This document shows, one piece after another, positions 1-12,617 of a stretch of DNA of 64,000 nucleotides. The stretch lies in the NCBI RefSeq assembly GCF_009914755.1, contig NC_060934.1. One strand, written 5' to 3'. The position numbers were made by a program, and so were the translations under genes. How positions within the stretch are numbered: position 1 is the first letter of the stretch; every line of letters starts with the position of its first letter. The DNA is from the human T2T-CHM13v2.0 reference genome, Homo sapiens. The notes beneath the pieces were generated by a model, which ran no database searches, had not been told where the DNA came from, and saw only the letters and a list, made by a program, of their open reading frames with translations.

Positions 1-79
1 CAACAGCAAGTCAATACCTCATCCTAGTTCTTCCCAGGGCAGTGCTGTGCACAGAGAAGACACAAAATATACTTCGAGT

Positions 80-845
80 TAATACACATTTACCGAGTAT
101 CTGCTAATTTGCAGATGGCGTGCTAAGGACAAGGGAGAGGCTGGTGATCCAGATGGCATAATTCCTGCCCTCAGGGAGCACAGTTAATCATACTTTGATG
201 AGTTCTATGAAGGAAATTCTCAGCAACACAGGATGACGGGTGAGTTAAATGCTATGGTGTTAGGACAGAAAGGGAAATAGGCAGTGTAGAATAGAGACCC
301 TAGAGACCCCAGGTGGAGATCCATGCACACGTGGGAAGTCTGCAAGTAACAGAAGCAGCACTGCAGACCAGTGGAGAGACAGTGAACTCACTGGTGATAC
401 TGGAAAAAGAAACTTTCCACATGGCATAAAGTAAAACTGGGTTCCTGCCTAAGCACGCACACCACACACACGATTAGGCCCAGCTGGATTAAAAGCGTGT
501 GTGTGTGTGTGTGCGTGTGCACGCACACACACACACACACGCACACATACACACACACTATTAACTTTATGACCCTGGAGTAGGGAAAGGCTTCTTAAGC
601 AAGTCCAAGACACTCAACAAAGGAGAAGATTGATAGATTTTACTACACAATAATTAAACACCGTAAAAGATACTATTCTAAATAAAGAGTTAAGACAAAT
701 GGTAGATTGAAAGAAAATATTTGTAACATATATGACAAAGGATTAATAGCCTTAACAGATCAAGAATATTAATTCCATCAGAAAAAGAGTAAAAATGGGA
801 AGACGACATGAAAAGGCAATGCACAGAGGAGGAAGGCAGCAACAT
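80..845. mobile_element. Degraded L2 fragment followed by an old L1 (L1M-type) fragment
   Basis: L2-end-like 'catttaccgagtatctgcta...cctgccctcagggagc'; L1-3'-like 'gaaaatatttgtaaca...gacaaaggattaata'. Confidence 0.5.
495..558. repeat. (GT)n/(CA)n microsatellite containing a 23-bp perfect inverted repeat
   Basis: Arms 495-517 and 520-542 are exact reverse complements. Confidence 0.95.
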
Positions 846-1309
846 GTTAATCAGTCCCCCATCCACTCGGTGCCTGGCACAGGAGGGGCCCCGCCTCCCG
901 CCAGCCTCTTCCTAGTGCAGACATCACTGCTGCCTAAGGATGAGTCCATCACCATGAAGACCCAACGTTAGCTCCAAACAGCTTCATGGACACAGCTTTG
1001 GAGAGAGTGCCATTTTAACAAAATCAAAGTCCTGATACAGGAACATGTATTTTTGCAGTACATCTTGGCAGTCACAGTAATGGCTGTCTCCGCATGAGCA
1101 TCTGATGTTAATGCTCACTCTGAACCACTAAAACACAAAGGGTGAGCCCCGTGTGCCACAGCCAGCCCCCACGTAGGTGAGAAGGCTTTAGGATCCAATC
1201 ATATATGAGGCCCGTGTTTCTTTCTCATGCACTTATGGGAACAGACAAAAAACTATGTTTAGAAAAGATGCATTATTGAAGAAATTTTAATTTAAAAAAA
1301 ATCAAAAGA

Positions 1310-4300
1310 AAAATTGAACAGTGCCTAAATCTTTATTTTCATAACCTACATTTTTTTTCAAATTAGACAGTTTTACACTGAATGACACAAAAGGAAACTT
1401 AAATTACCAATAGTTTACATGTAAGCTTGATTCCAGTCTTAATGAAGCAGAACAAAAACGAAACCCTCGAGGAGCGACCACATGACCCCCGCGCTGTGAG
1501 CTGCTGGCGGCCAGCGCCCTCGCCTCGATTGTCTGCAGCCCTGTAGTGGGCCGCGAGGCACGCAAGCCGCAACTACAGCTCGCCAGCGGGGCACACAGAC
1601 AGGCATGCACCACCACTACCCGTCGCCCGGATACACTGAACTGGTTTTGAAGCCTGAACTGCAGAGATCCTAATATAGCAACGCAGGACGTTTACGGCCA
1701 CCCGCCAGTGACAGCCGGTGATGTGATGACAGGAGGGCCTGGGTGAAAATGTCAAGACACTCACTCTCAGAGAACGACGACTCCACTTGAAATTCATGTC
1801 TGGTGAAACGGGACCAGGTTTTTATTCTTCTATTTCAAAATGATAAGCATCATCACACGATTTTACAAGTTAAAATGCCATTTGTCACTGCTGCATCTCT
1901 GATTCTATAACCTGAGATACTGCTGGGGGTAAAGGAGGGTGTTAACTTAAAAAAAAAAAAAGTATGAAAGCCACTCTCATCGCTGTATGTGACACAGCAC
2001 AGTTGGCATGGACCGCCACAGCTTCCTATTATGATAACTCTCATTTTCTTCTGAGCAGAAACTCTTGAAGTAGTATCAGGTTTTTTCAGACATTATATAG
2101 CAATCTGTATTTCACCTTTAATTAAAAAGGATGCTATAAAAATCACCTCCGAGCAAGGTTTCAGTTCTTGATGCAGAAGACTGCTGCTGGCTAGGCAGTA
2201 ACTACAGTGTATTGACCGGAGGGCAGCAGAGCCCTCCAGTGGCGACTGGCTAATGCACGCGCTGCCCTCCTCATGCAGCTGTTGAGCTCCCACTTCGGTC
2301 GACAAAGTGAAGGACTAAGCTGGCTCTAACCACACACACACACTGCGCTGCAATGCTCACACCTTGGGGGAAAGGACTTCTCATTATTAAAAACCAAGGA
2401 CTCACTGGCGGACGGGCAGGCCTTGTGTTTTGGGAATGGCTGATGGCGCCCTGGCCCTTCCGTAGCGAAGATGCAGCTCGTAGGCCCAGGCCTCGAGGTT
2501 GCCTCCCAGCTTTCTGAGTATTGAGAGTTTGGGTTTCACAGATCAATTATTTCTGATTTTTTTTTTTTTTTTGGTCAGTGAACTGACAACTACAAAAAAA
2601 AATCCCCATGTTCTTTAAAATGCATTTGAAAAACACTAGCCCTGTGGCTATTTCTCTGTATTTGAATAATGGCAACTGCTTTAAAGGAAATGGTCAAATA
2701 GGCATGTTTTCCTCTGGCAGGGTCAATCATGCTTAGCTGCAGGTGATTTAAATTAGATTACTAGTCACCTTCACTTACGATCCTGCCAGTTTTTGCTCTC
2801 TATATACTTTAAAACTCTTTCACATTAGATATGATTAGTATGCATTTACATACATTTTAAAAGAGTATGAAAACATCTGGAGGCTTTTAATAAGACTTTC
2901 CAATTCCCTTTTGCAGCAAAGAGGCAGAATCAGTTCAACACACCGATGTAAGAGAAAAAAGAAAATCTCAACAAATCAAAATAATATTCAAACCACAACA
3001 TTTAGTTTATCTACATCCCGCTCAACAGCAACATTTATAATATATCAATAATCTGTATCAGAATTTTCTCTGTAGGGTACCTTTTTCATATGTTCTGATT
3101 ATTTACAACTGTACAAGCGAAGCACACTCCAAGTGCACGTATTTAATACAGTATTGACTATTTGCATTTACAGGATTTTCCAACATTCTGAAAAAAGATC
3201 AACTGTTGAAGATCTTTAAGGTATATTACAAAAACTACTACTAGCTCTTGTACTACAGTATGCTTACTCAGTAAAACTAGCGACAGGAGATCCACGCAGT
3301 AACTGAGTAACTCTGACCCACTCACGCCAACCCAGGGCCGGGCTCCATGGACTCTAAGCTGTCTTATACAAAAGTTAAGGCAAAGTCATTTTCAAGTTTA
3401 AATAAAATTCAAGTCTTTAAATATTGGATGGAAATAATTTTTTCTTAAAAAAAACCCTCAGTCTTGTTAAATAACATTTTGTGGAATAAAGTGTATGGTT
3501 ACATTTAGCAGGAAATATTCTTATTTTAATGTTTGCTGCTTAGAATAAAGAAAAATTTGAGGCATTTTAAAACAAAATAATTTATATTTAACTTTATTAT
3601 AAACTTGCTAACTTTAGTGCATCCTTGTTCTTCAGAAGTGCAGCACTTCTGGAAGTGAATCAATGAGGCCCTCGTCTTGGAGGTAAAAGAGCAGGAACTT
3701 TATCCTCCACCAGCCAAAGAGGGGGAAAAACCACAAACACCATTCTCTCACGATTACATAACTCTTAAATCCATGTGCTGATGCAGAGGTACAGGGAGAT
3801 GTCCACACGGAGCTGAAGATGTGGACTCTCTCCAACCAGAGTGCTGGGGAACACGGACAGAAATGTGCACAGAGCAGGGCCGGGGCCATCAGCTCACAGG
3901 GGTCAAAACAACATCATGGTACAACTTCTGGTAACATGTCAGTGGGCAACAAAGTGTATGTTTTCATGTAGGTTCTATTCACAATGTGCTTTGAATTTAT
4001 ATTACATAATAGCCACTTGAAACTGGAGTGAGAAGCTGGTTACTTGCTTGCAGTGCATCAGAACCAAGGTTTCTGGGGTGGCCCCTGCAGGTTCACTCCG
4101 CCCAGGAGATCAAAAAGGATGCGCTCTCTACATTCTTAAATGCCACAGTCCCCTACCAACGGCTTAGGTGGAAGCACAGCTCCCACATCAGCACTGATGC
4201 CCTGGCGCGGCCAGCACTGCCTCTACGAGGCCACACCTGCCTCTGCCAAGGCCACTGGCCCTCATTCATCTGCGGGGACGTTCTAGAGATATGCACTTAC

Positions 4301-4697
4301 AGACCAGTTACTTAAAAAAAAAAAAAAAAAGCAGAGTTCCCTTAATTTAGAAAAACTCACTATATATAGCTTGCATTCAGAGCCACATGGAGGCTTAATA
4401 AAAAATACCAATTTGTTAGGATAAATGCTTTTTCTATCTTGGAAAAAAAAATCAGACTTATGCATCACCTCCAGTTAAGCACCAACCTAAAATAAGGTTT
4501 GTATTAATTAAATCCTGAAAAATCGATTTTTTTTCAAGAGGGGGAGAATCCAACTCACAGAAGAAAACCAACTTGAGGATCCCACAGGCCTCAGACACTG
4601 CAAGCTCCTAACCAGCGGCTCGCCCTCGCACTGAGTGGGAGAGTGTCTCGTTTGTGGTTAACACAGCGCTCTGCGACCCCTCCCAGACGTACGGTTT
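1310..4697 (-). other. LARP4B: LARP4B 3'UTR (~3.4 kb)
   Basis: Sequence free of recognisable interspersed repeats, with AU-rich blocks, between the stop codon and the distal poly(A) signal. The exact cleavage site is inferred. Confidence 0.8.
1332..1337 (-). terminator. Distal polyadenylation signal AATAAA
   Basis: tttatt on +; UGUA upstream (1347-1350) and a long U-rich downstream element (~1280-1320) on the mRNA strand. Confidence 0.8.
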
Positions 4698-4985
4698 TCA
4701 CTGAGGAGACTTGGGGGGAGTGCTCTGCTCTCGGCTGAGACGCTTCCCCATGGCCGAGGGCGAGGGCCGGCCCCCCGCCGGCCGCCTCTGGTCTCTGGGG
4801 GCTCCAGGTGTGGACTTGAGGGCTGGGGGCTCCCGGTATCTCTCTGCGGGCTCTGCCAGCTTCTTTTCCTCCTTCCCACAACCAACAGTGTTTGGCTTTT
4901 GTTCTTTTTGGGGTTGCAATGGGGAAGAAGGAGGCTCTTTACTCGTTCTCTGACAAATCTCTGCGTAGCTGGGCTTTCGCAATTC
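4698..4985 (-). CDS. LARP4B: LARP4B last coding exon ELRKPSYAEIC...PPKSPQ*
   Basis: Acceptor ccag|GAA; TGA at 4698-4700; 288 nt coding. Confidence 0.96.
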   Translation of the reverse strand, partial: ELRKPSYAEICQRTSKEPPSSPLQPQKEQKPNTVGCGKEEKKLAEPAERYREPPALKSTPGAPRDQRRPAGGRPSPSAMGKRLSREQSTPPKSPQ

Positions 4986-5544
4986 CTGGAAACAGACAAT
5001 CCTGGGTTACCTGTGTGAAATGGTGTCTCTAGGGACAAGACAGGAAATCAAGTTCACTTAAGATAAAAGAGTTTTCAACTGTAACTAAGTTTCCATCTTC
5101 ACTAGTGTTTTTAACTTTTAAAAAGTTCATAAAATCTAATGATTTAGTTTCCCCTGCAGCAGAACACTCCCTCTGTGCTACTGTAGTAATGGATAAAATT
5201 AGAAAAGGCATGACGAAGAAGAGTGCTGACTCAACACCATCCCTACCCAGCCCTATGCCTGCTTGGGCAATGCGGAAGCCTAGGAAGAGTCCGGATGCTG
5301 CCCACACTGGCTCCGCCAGCTCAGGACAACAGAAGGGTGTCCCAGGTGCCCACGGTGGGCAATGGACCCTCACACGGTACTCAACCCTGAAAGGCAAACT
5401 CCAAAAACAGTCTTTAAATAAAAATGTTTTGCACATTTCAAACTACAAAGGACTGGAAATATCTAAGAATGATGAAGACAGCTAAAATCTTCAAGAAATG
5501 TGTAATAGGGTTTTCAGGTAAGTGGAAGCATAAAGACTAAATAA

Positions 5545-5872
<328 letters not shown>

Positions 5873-6513
5873 TCTTTTATTATTATTATTATTTATTATT
5901 AAAATTATTAATTTTAACCTATAAAAAATCCTTTTTTAGACTCAGCCCAGGGGACAGTAAGGGATTAAACTCCCAAATTCAAGGAAAAGGCTCCCCCAAG
6001 ATCAAACTACAGAGGCCACAACTCAGAGTAAGAGAGGCCACAGTTCACCCAGTAGGGAAAACAGCAGAAAGGAAGTCGCTGGGGTTCAGGCCTGCTGGGC
6101 CCACAGGGGTTGGAGGCTGGTGGGGCCACCATCTTGCTCTTCCTGTCTCTTCATCAGACACACGATGCGCGCGCACGCACGCAAACATACACACACGCGC
6201 GAAATGCTGAAATGATCCTAAAGTCTATGGAGAAACAGGAGCTGGGGTCTTGTTACTACTCAAGAAACCTCTATTGACCAACACTGAAATAAAAGGACTA
6301 CATGGTGGTCTGAGAAAGAACTAGAGTAGTTAGTGGAAAATTATTAGCAAATATTAAAGGTATTTTGTACAGAAAACACAACACAGACAGACGCAAATAA
6401 AAACCCACCAAATTAGATGTGATTAAAAAACGAGCAGGTGCAGGAGTGCGCAGCGTCTGTTCACACCAGAGCCTCGCGGCTGTCGTGCAGGAAGGCAGGC
6501 ACGAGGTACGTAC

Positions 6514-6622
6514 CGTGGCGGCTCCGTTCACCTGCACCGATTTACACGCGGTCGCAGTGAGGGCGGAAGGAAGTCTGTCCACACTGTGGGTTTCCCTCTG
6601 TTTCTCCGCCACCTTGGGATCA
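6514..6622 (-). CDS. LARP4B: LARP4B exon DPKVAE...NGAAT
   Basis: Acceptor acag|T; donor ACG|gtacgt; 109 nt; preceded by a 95-nt intron. Confidence 0.95.
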
Positions 6623-6717
6623 CTGTAAAAATGCCACCCGATATTTGAATCTCATGCAACATCACAGGCCATTCAAGTCAGTCAACACCAAGGCGCTGGA
6701 AGAACACCAATACTCAC

Positions 6718-6842
6718 TCGGGTAAATGAGCTGGGGAGGGGGATCGCTCGTACGTTGCTGATACAGCACAAGAAGCCGGCACCGAGGGCTCTCTGGAGAC
6801 CGCTACAGGAAGGGTGTTCACGCTTGCGTCTGCACTGAGGGT
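6718..6842 (-). CDS. LARP4B: LARP4B exon TLSADA...AHLPD
   Basis: Acceptor tcag|ACC; donor GA|gtgagt; 125 nt. Confidence 0.95.
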
Positions 6843-7299
6843 CTGAAACAGGGTCAAGAGTGTTCATCAGAGTCCTGCCGGCACTAAGCGGAGCTGGTAC
6901 CAGTGCCCGTTCACCCCACCCGTGAACAGCCTTGGGAGAGCGGCACAAGGACATAGGGGAAGAGGGTCTTCTCCAGCAAAAATGTCACAGAGCCCAGGAC
7001 TATCCTCTGCCCCACAGATCGCCCACCCTTCTCTTTCTCGGCAAATGCCCCACTGTTCTTACATCACAGGCCCTTATCTCCTCTCCCGCAATGATGATCT
7101 ACAAGCTTATTTCTTAACTGAACAGGCATCAAACACATCTCACCCACCTGGCACTTTGGGCCCAGCACGGCACGGCACAACACCACATGCATATCTGCTG
7201 AGTGTCGAATCCTAACACAGTCCAACACAACTCATTCACACCGCTGAGAAAAAACAATCGGCGCCTCCACACCCATATAAATGTGAGCTCCCAGCCCTC

Positions 7300-7445
7300 C
7301 CTGAATTCACAACCCCAGGAAGCAGGTGTGCGAATGCCCCCATCTCAACAGGTGAGGAAACTGAGGCCCAATACCTCTAAGTTAATTTGCCCAAGGCCAG
7401 GAAGCAAAGGACGGAGTGAAACTTACTCCCTCCTTACTCCAGCCA
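7300..7445. mobile_element. MIR fragment
   Basis: Core 'cccatctcaacaggtgaggaaactgaggccca...aagttaatttgcccaaggcca'. Confidence 0.7.
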
Positions 7446-7711
7446 GCGACCCCTGTGCAGGGGCTATTTCATGTGTGCTTGATCTTATACATATGGCATG
7501 TGATGATACACTTGTCATGCAACTTAAAAAAGGCAGGAGGGCAGGTGCTCTTTACACTTCTGCCCTTAGATGAAGGCTGACGACAGACCTAGAGCCCTTC
7601 CAGCTGGAGAACCAGAATCCGCTGCAATTCCTGCGCTCGACCAGCAGGAATCCAGCTTGGTGGAAACAAGAGGGCAAAGGACTCCTTTTGTAAAAGCTCA
7701 TTTTAAATTCA

Positions 7712-8021
<310 letters not shown>

Positions 8022-9496
8022 AATTCAGGATATGTGCAGTCCCAATGCAAATGAAATGCAGATCCACAACTGCAGGTCATGAAGCAAGTCAGAGTGACCA
8101 TCACGAGCTCCATGTCAACAGGGGAAGGGCTGAACCCCATCATTTCTGGAGCCTCCACCCCACTTTGAAACCCAAGGGCCACGCTGTTGACTCAAGAAGC
8201 TCCCAAGAAGCAGCAATGGAGCCCACTACACCTGGGTGGTGGCATAAGGCTCAGGGTCAGGCTTTTCAAAGAAGCAATTCTTTCTTCAAGAGAAACCTTA
8301 CACAAGACTCAAACTGGGCACAGCAGGAGCTGCTGTTTCTGAAGCAGGGTTGGAGACCTGCCTCTTCTCCTCCACTCAATACCAACGGGAGTAGGCTACA
8401 GTTGGAAAACTAGAATTCATGATCTTTAAACTGCATTTCTTCTCAAGGCACTAATACCTTAGAAATGACGGTGTGGAAATTTAAGGCTAATGTGACAATC
8501 CTGGAATGTACTCAATCTCCAAACAGGAGCATGACCATCTACCAATATGAAAAGGACTAGACACGTCACCTGGCTTTCATTGTAAAGATACTGCATCAAA
8601 ATCCACCTTAAATTCTGCCCTAGGAAGTGAGGAATGGTTCTATCTACTGCGGGGCCTTCCCTAAAGCCCAGGGTGGAAGAGACACTGACTCTGCAGACCT
8701 GGGTGGGGTAGCAAGCAGCACGGTCATGTGGCGTGGAACAGACACGTGGTAACTCTGGGGCACAGCTGGGGAAAGGGCCCCTGGCACAGGGGACACCGGC
8801 AACCTGGAGTGCTCAGCAGGTTCTTCCTGGGCTCTTCCTATGCACAGTAGGTAACTGGGCAGAAAACTTCCTCTGTACTTCCCAGAGCCTTCAACGCCAG
8901 GTGTGGCAGCCGGCCAAGTCCCACTTCCACCTCCTAAGCACATTAGAGGCCAGAGTGCTGGGCTGAGTGTCCTCTGTCATCTGCAGCTCGGGACGACTCC
9001 TGGGATGATATTCACTGCAGTGGAGGCGGCACCTCGTGGGGCAGCCCAGACCTCACCAGAAGCTACCGACACTACAGTGAGGTTCTCCCAGGCTTCTTGC
9101 TCCTTGTCTCATGTAGATTACTACACATTTTAATCATTTCCAATACAATTCAGATGTTTCCATTTCATTCTGTTGTTTTATAAAATAAAGGCAGGTCTGA
9201 ACTACAACAATGACAATGCAATCTAAGTTTCTGGGTGAGAGAAAGGGTGTGTACGGCACATCATGGCACACGTTTCTACCTCTGACTTCATCAGACAGCA
9301 ATGTTAAGGAGAAGGCCCAGCCCTGGGTTCAAGGCTGGCCTTACTCCAAATCTGTGTGACCTCTGCAATCACGTGGCCTCCAAGCCTCTCTTGAGTATTA
9401 AAAACAAACATGTATAAAGAGCTCAGCAAAGCGCCTGACACGGAACCCGTACCTAGACACTGTTGGCAACTATTAGACATGCAATATATCCCTTAC

Positions 9497-9661
9497 CCTT
9501 TCTTTGGATGGTCCTATTATCAAGCTAGATAGCCTGTTTTCAAACAAGTCCTCTGTCTTCAAATTGCCGGCAGCTCCAGGTAATGGAGGGAAGCTGGACA
9601 GCCCCAGCTCGAAGCTTGGCGACGGAGGCTTTGGTGGCGTTGGAGACTGTGTCTGGCTGCT
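9497..9661 (-). CDS. LARP4B: LARP4B exon SSQTQ...PSKER
   Basis: Acceptor gcag|AGC; donor AGG|gtaagg; 165 nt. Confidence 0.96.
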
Positions 9662-11711
9662 CTGCAACAGAATGACACCCCAGGGTCACGGTATGGAGAG
9701 AGAAGGCCAAGCAGCTTCTCGTTTCCACACCTGTCTGGAAAATATCTGTAGAAACAAGCAGATCATTCAACCCAGACAAGGGCTTCCTCACTCAACTGAA
9801 GGTTCTCCCAAGCAACTTCAACCATCTAGAGCAGAGCTGTAAAACTGAAATCTCAAGGATGCTGCTGCCCAAGAGATGTGTCACAAAGGACACAGTGAGG
9901 CTAAGGTGACATCCAAAGAGCTATCCACCCATGGCTGCCAGCACTCACGAACAGCAGGGGCAGCTGAAGGCAAGGGAGACACTCTGGAGTGACTCCAGCC
10001 CACCAGATGGAAAGCAGGGCAGCCTGAGTCTAGACATTAAACTTTCTCACTTTCAGACAAGTGTTGTGTTACTACAGCATAGTTTTTAATGTGAGTCACA
10101 AGATAATTGTAAAAAACAAAATATGACACTCTCTCCACAACCTGTGTAAGAAATTTTACACACGTGCATCAAAAAAGTGGTTTAACAAAAGGGAAGGGGG
10201 CTCGAATTCTCTGAAAATAAACTTAATGAAAGTTTATATTTTTAAATAATTAAAAACACAGGATTTGACAACAAATTCTAATCAGATTCTTTGACTTCCA
10301 AGAAAGCAAACTCAGTATAATAAGAAGTGAGTGTACTTTGTAAGCCCAAATCTCAGAAGAAAGGCAGTAATACCTTTTATTGGAAAATGATCTATCAACC
10401 CGCTTTAACAAGCTGGCAGTCATTTTGCGAGTACGCAGTTCCTCGGCTGAAGGACACATGGCACAGAAAGGGGAAATGAGTTTGCATTTAGTTTAGAAAT
10501 GAATTTATATTAACTAAAGAATACAACTATTTTTAGCTGAAACAATGAGCTACTCTGACCAGGAAGCAAAGATCTCATGGGATCCACCTAACTGGAAAGT
10601 GCCAATGTTTCTCCAAAGTTTATACACAGGAAGGTGAATCCCTGCATCAGTAGATTCTAGAGAAAATATGTCAGAAGTGAAAGCAGGTCAAAGGATGAAA
10701 ATGAATTCAGGCTGACACAAACCCCAGTCCAGTCTGTGTTGGGCATTCCGCTTGCTTCTCTGCTCCACGCGACAGGTGCCTAATTTTAGCTTAGCTTTTC
10801 CCAGTTAGGTGTCCTTGGCAGTAAGCTTGTTACCTACTGAGCAGCTGGCTGTTGTATGCTCTCTGTAACCTAGTATTGTGAATATGATGCTCAAAATGAT
10901 CCTGCAAAGCTCTAAGTTACACATGGCCACTATGATGGCAAAGCGGTTTTAAACATCTGCACGTTTCTGAGGTGAACACAGCTTTTCAGAAGATAAGCAT
11001 TATTAGAGAGACAGCCTTCCCCAAAAATGTATTTAAATCTCAACTTGTAGAAGCAAAAGAGGCAGGCAACAACTGCCCAGATGTGGGAGTTACAAAATGA
11101 CATCACCCACAGATGGGACTTGACTTGGAAGGCAGTGTTAAAATCCTCTAGGATCTGAGCACCTCTGGGTGAGGTCTGAGTACTGCTCAGGTCCCATGGG
11201 CGTGGTTAGGCCCGAGGCTCACACACTTTTACAGAAAAAGCGTCTGGACCTTTCTGAGGTCCTGAGAGCACGTACATAAGACGATGGGCGTATGCTCTGT
11301 AATCAATACAACACTGGGCCACAAGCCGAAGCTTCAAAGCAGGTCACAGTCATGAACACATGCATCAGGAATGCAAGGCAAAACAGAACGGAAGAGAAAT
11401 GGCTGTGGGAAAACATCACGGCAGGCACAACAGTGCCCTGTGTTTAGATGCTTGACTTGTTAGTCCAAATGGTCACAGGAATTCACTAATTCCAATTGCA
11501 ATTAACTGGTAAAAACTGCCTTACCAACTAGTTAAACAAAAACTAGACTAAGCCGACCTCATGAAAGGCACAATTTCTGAGTTCTAAACAGAGATTGTAT
11601 CTTTTGTGATGAGAAAGCACCTGTGTGATGGCTTGAGGGGCTGGACCAGGATTTGTTCAGGTCTCCTCCAGCATTCCTTGTATGGAATTCCACATCTGCA
11701 AGCCCATGGAG

Positions 11712-11940
11712 GCATCCCTCCCATCTTCGTGGGTACTGCTAACTGCCACCTTGCTGTCCCACTACTGGTTCGTGGGTACTGCTAACTGCCACCGTGCCAT
11801 CCCTCCCATCTTCGTGGGTACTGCTAACACTGCCACCGTACCGTCCCACCACTGGTTCATGGGTACTGCTAACTGCCACCGTGCCATCCCTCCCATCTTT
11901 GTGGGTACTGCTAACTGCCACCGTGCCATCCCACCACTGG
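11712..11940. repeat. Minisatellite, ~42-45 bp units with alternating variants
   Basis: Core tgggtactgctaac(ac)tgccacc occurs five times. Confidence 0.93.
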
Positions 11941-12571
11941 CTGTGGAGAAGTCCATGCCATCCTCCACTAAAGACCAGCACAAACATTTTCCACAGGAGA
12001 AACTCTGATTAATCAACCCAAGCAAAAATCACCATGTCTCATGTACTTACCGCCACAAAAACCTATCACTTATGTTTGGGTCTGTCCTGCCAGTAAGTTA
12101 TAGCAGAAGGAGATAATGCTTTCTACACAGTGGGAGAGTATTCGAAAGTTTTGAAGGAAAAACACCGACAAACAAATTGCTCCGTGGAAGATGCTTACTC
12201 TGCTCATTGAAATGAATGGCTCCAGTCATTTCAGACTCTCCGGTACAGCTGCCACACAGAAGAGCTCACGTGCACACCCGTGTGTAGGCTGCAGTGCATG
12301 CGACAGCAAGTTCCTGGCCATGCCTGTGCCACAGCACAACACGCCTGTGCACTGTGGAGTCCTGTGCAGCACATCGCTATTTCCAAAACCTCTACAGTTG
12401 CTTCCTCCTAGGCCAGCCAGGGTGTCAGTTATTACTTAGTGGATTTCACGTTACAAGTCTTTTGAAATGCTCATTCTTGTGCCTTAACCTTAATCCATTT
12501 AATTAAATCTCAGGTTTGGTATAAATTAGATTTAAATGTCTTGTGAAGAGGTATATGCTTTATGTACTCAC

Positions 12572-12617
12572 TGTAAACTTCTCCTCCCTTTTCTTCCGGT
12601 AGCCAAAGGAATTCTTC
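12572..12617 (-). CDS. LARP4B: LARP4B exon KNSFGYRKKREEKFT
   Basis: Acceptor ctag|G; donor ACA|gtgagt; 46 nt. Confidence 0.95.

Noticed and set aside
1465-1740. CpG-rich patch in the distal 3'UTR
   Set aside because: Too short to call a CpG-island promoter, and no other promoter evidence.
4591-5038. Overlapping ORFs 4591-4881, 4658-5038 and 4711-4953
   Set aside because: Alternative frames or antisense of the GC-rich last coding exon; no independent start or splice support.
11682-12025. Repetitive ORFs on both strands and a superficially CRISPR-like repeat/spacer pattern
   Set aside because: The 'spacers' are themselves two recurring variants; this is a eukaryotic minisatellite and there are no cas genes.
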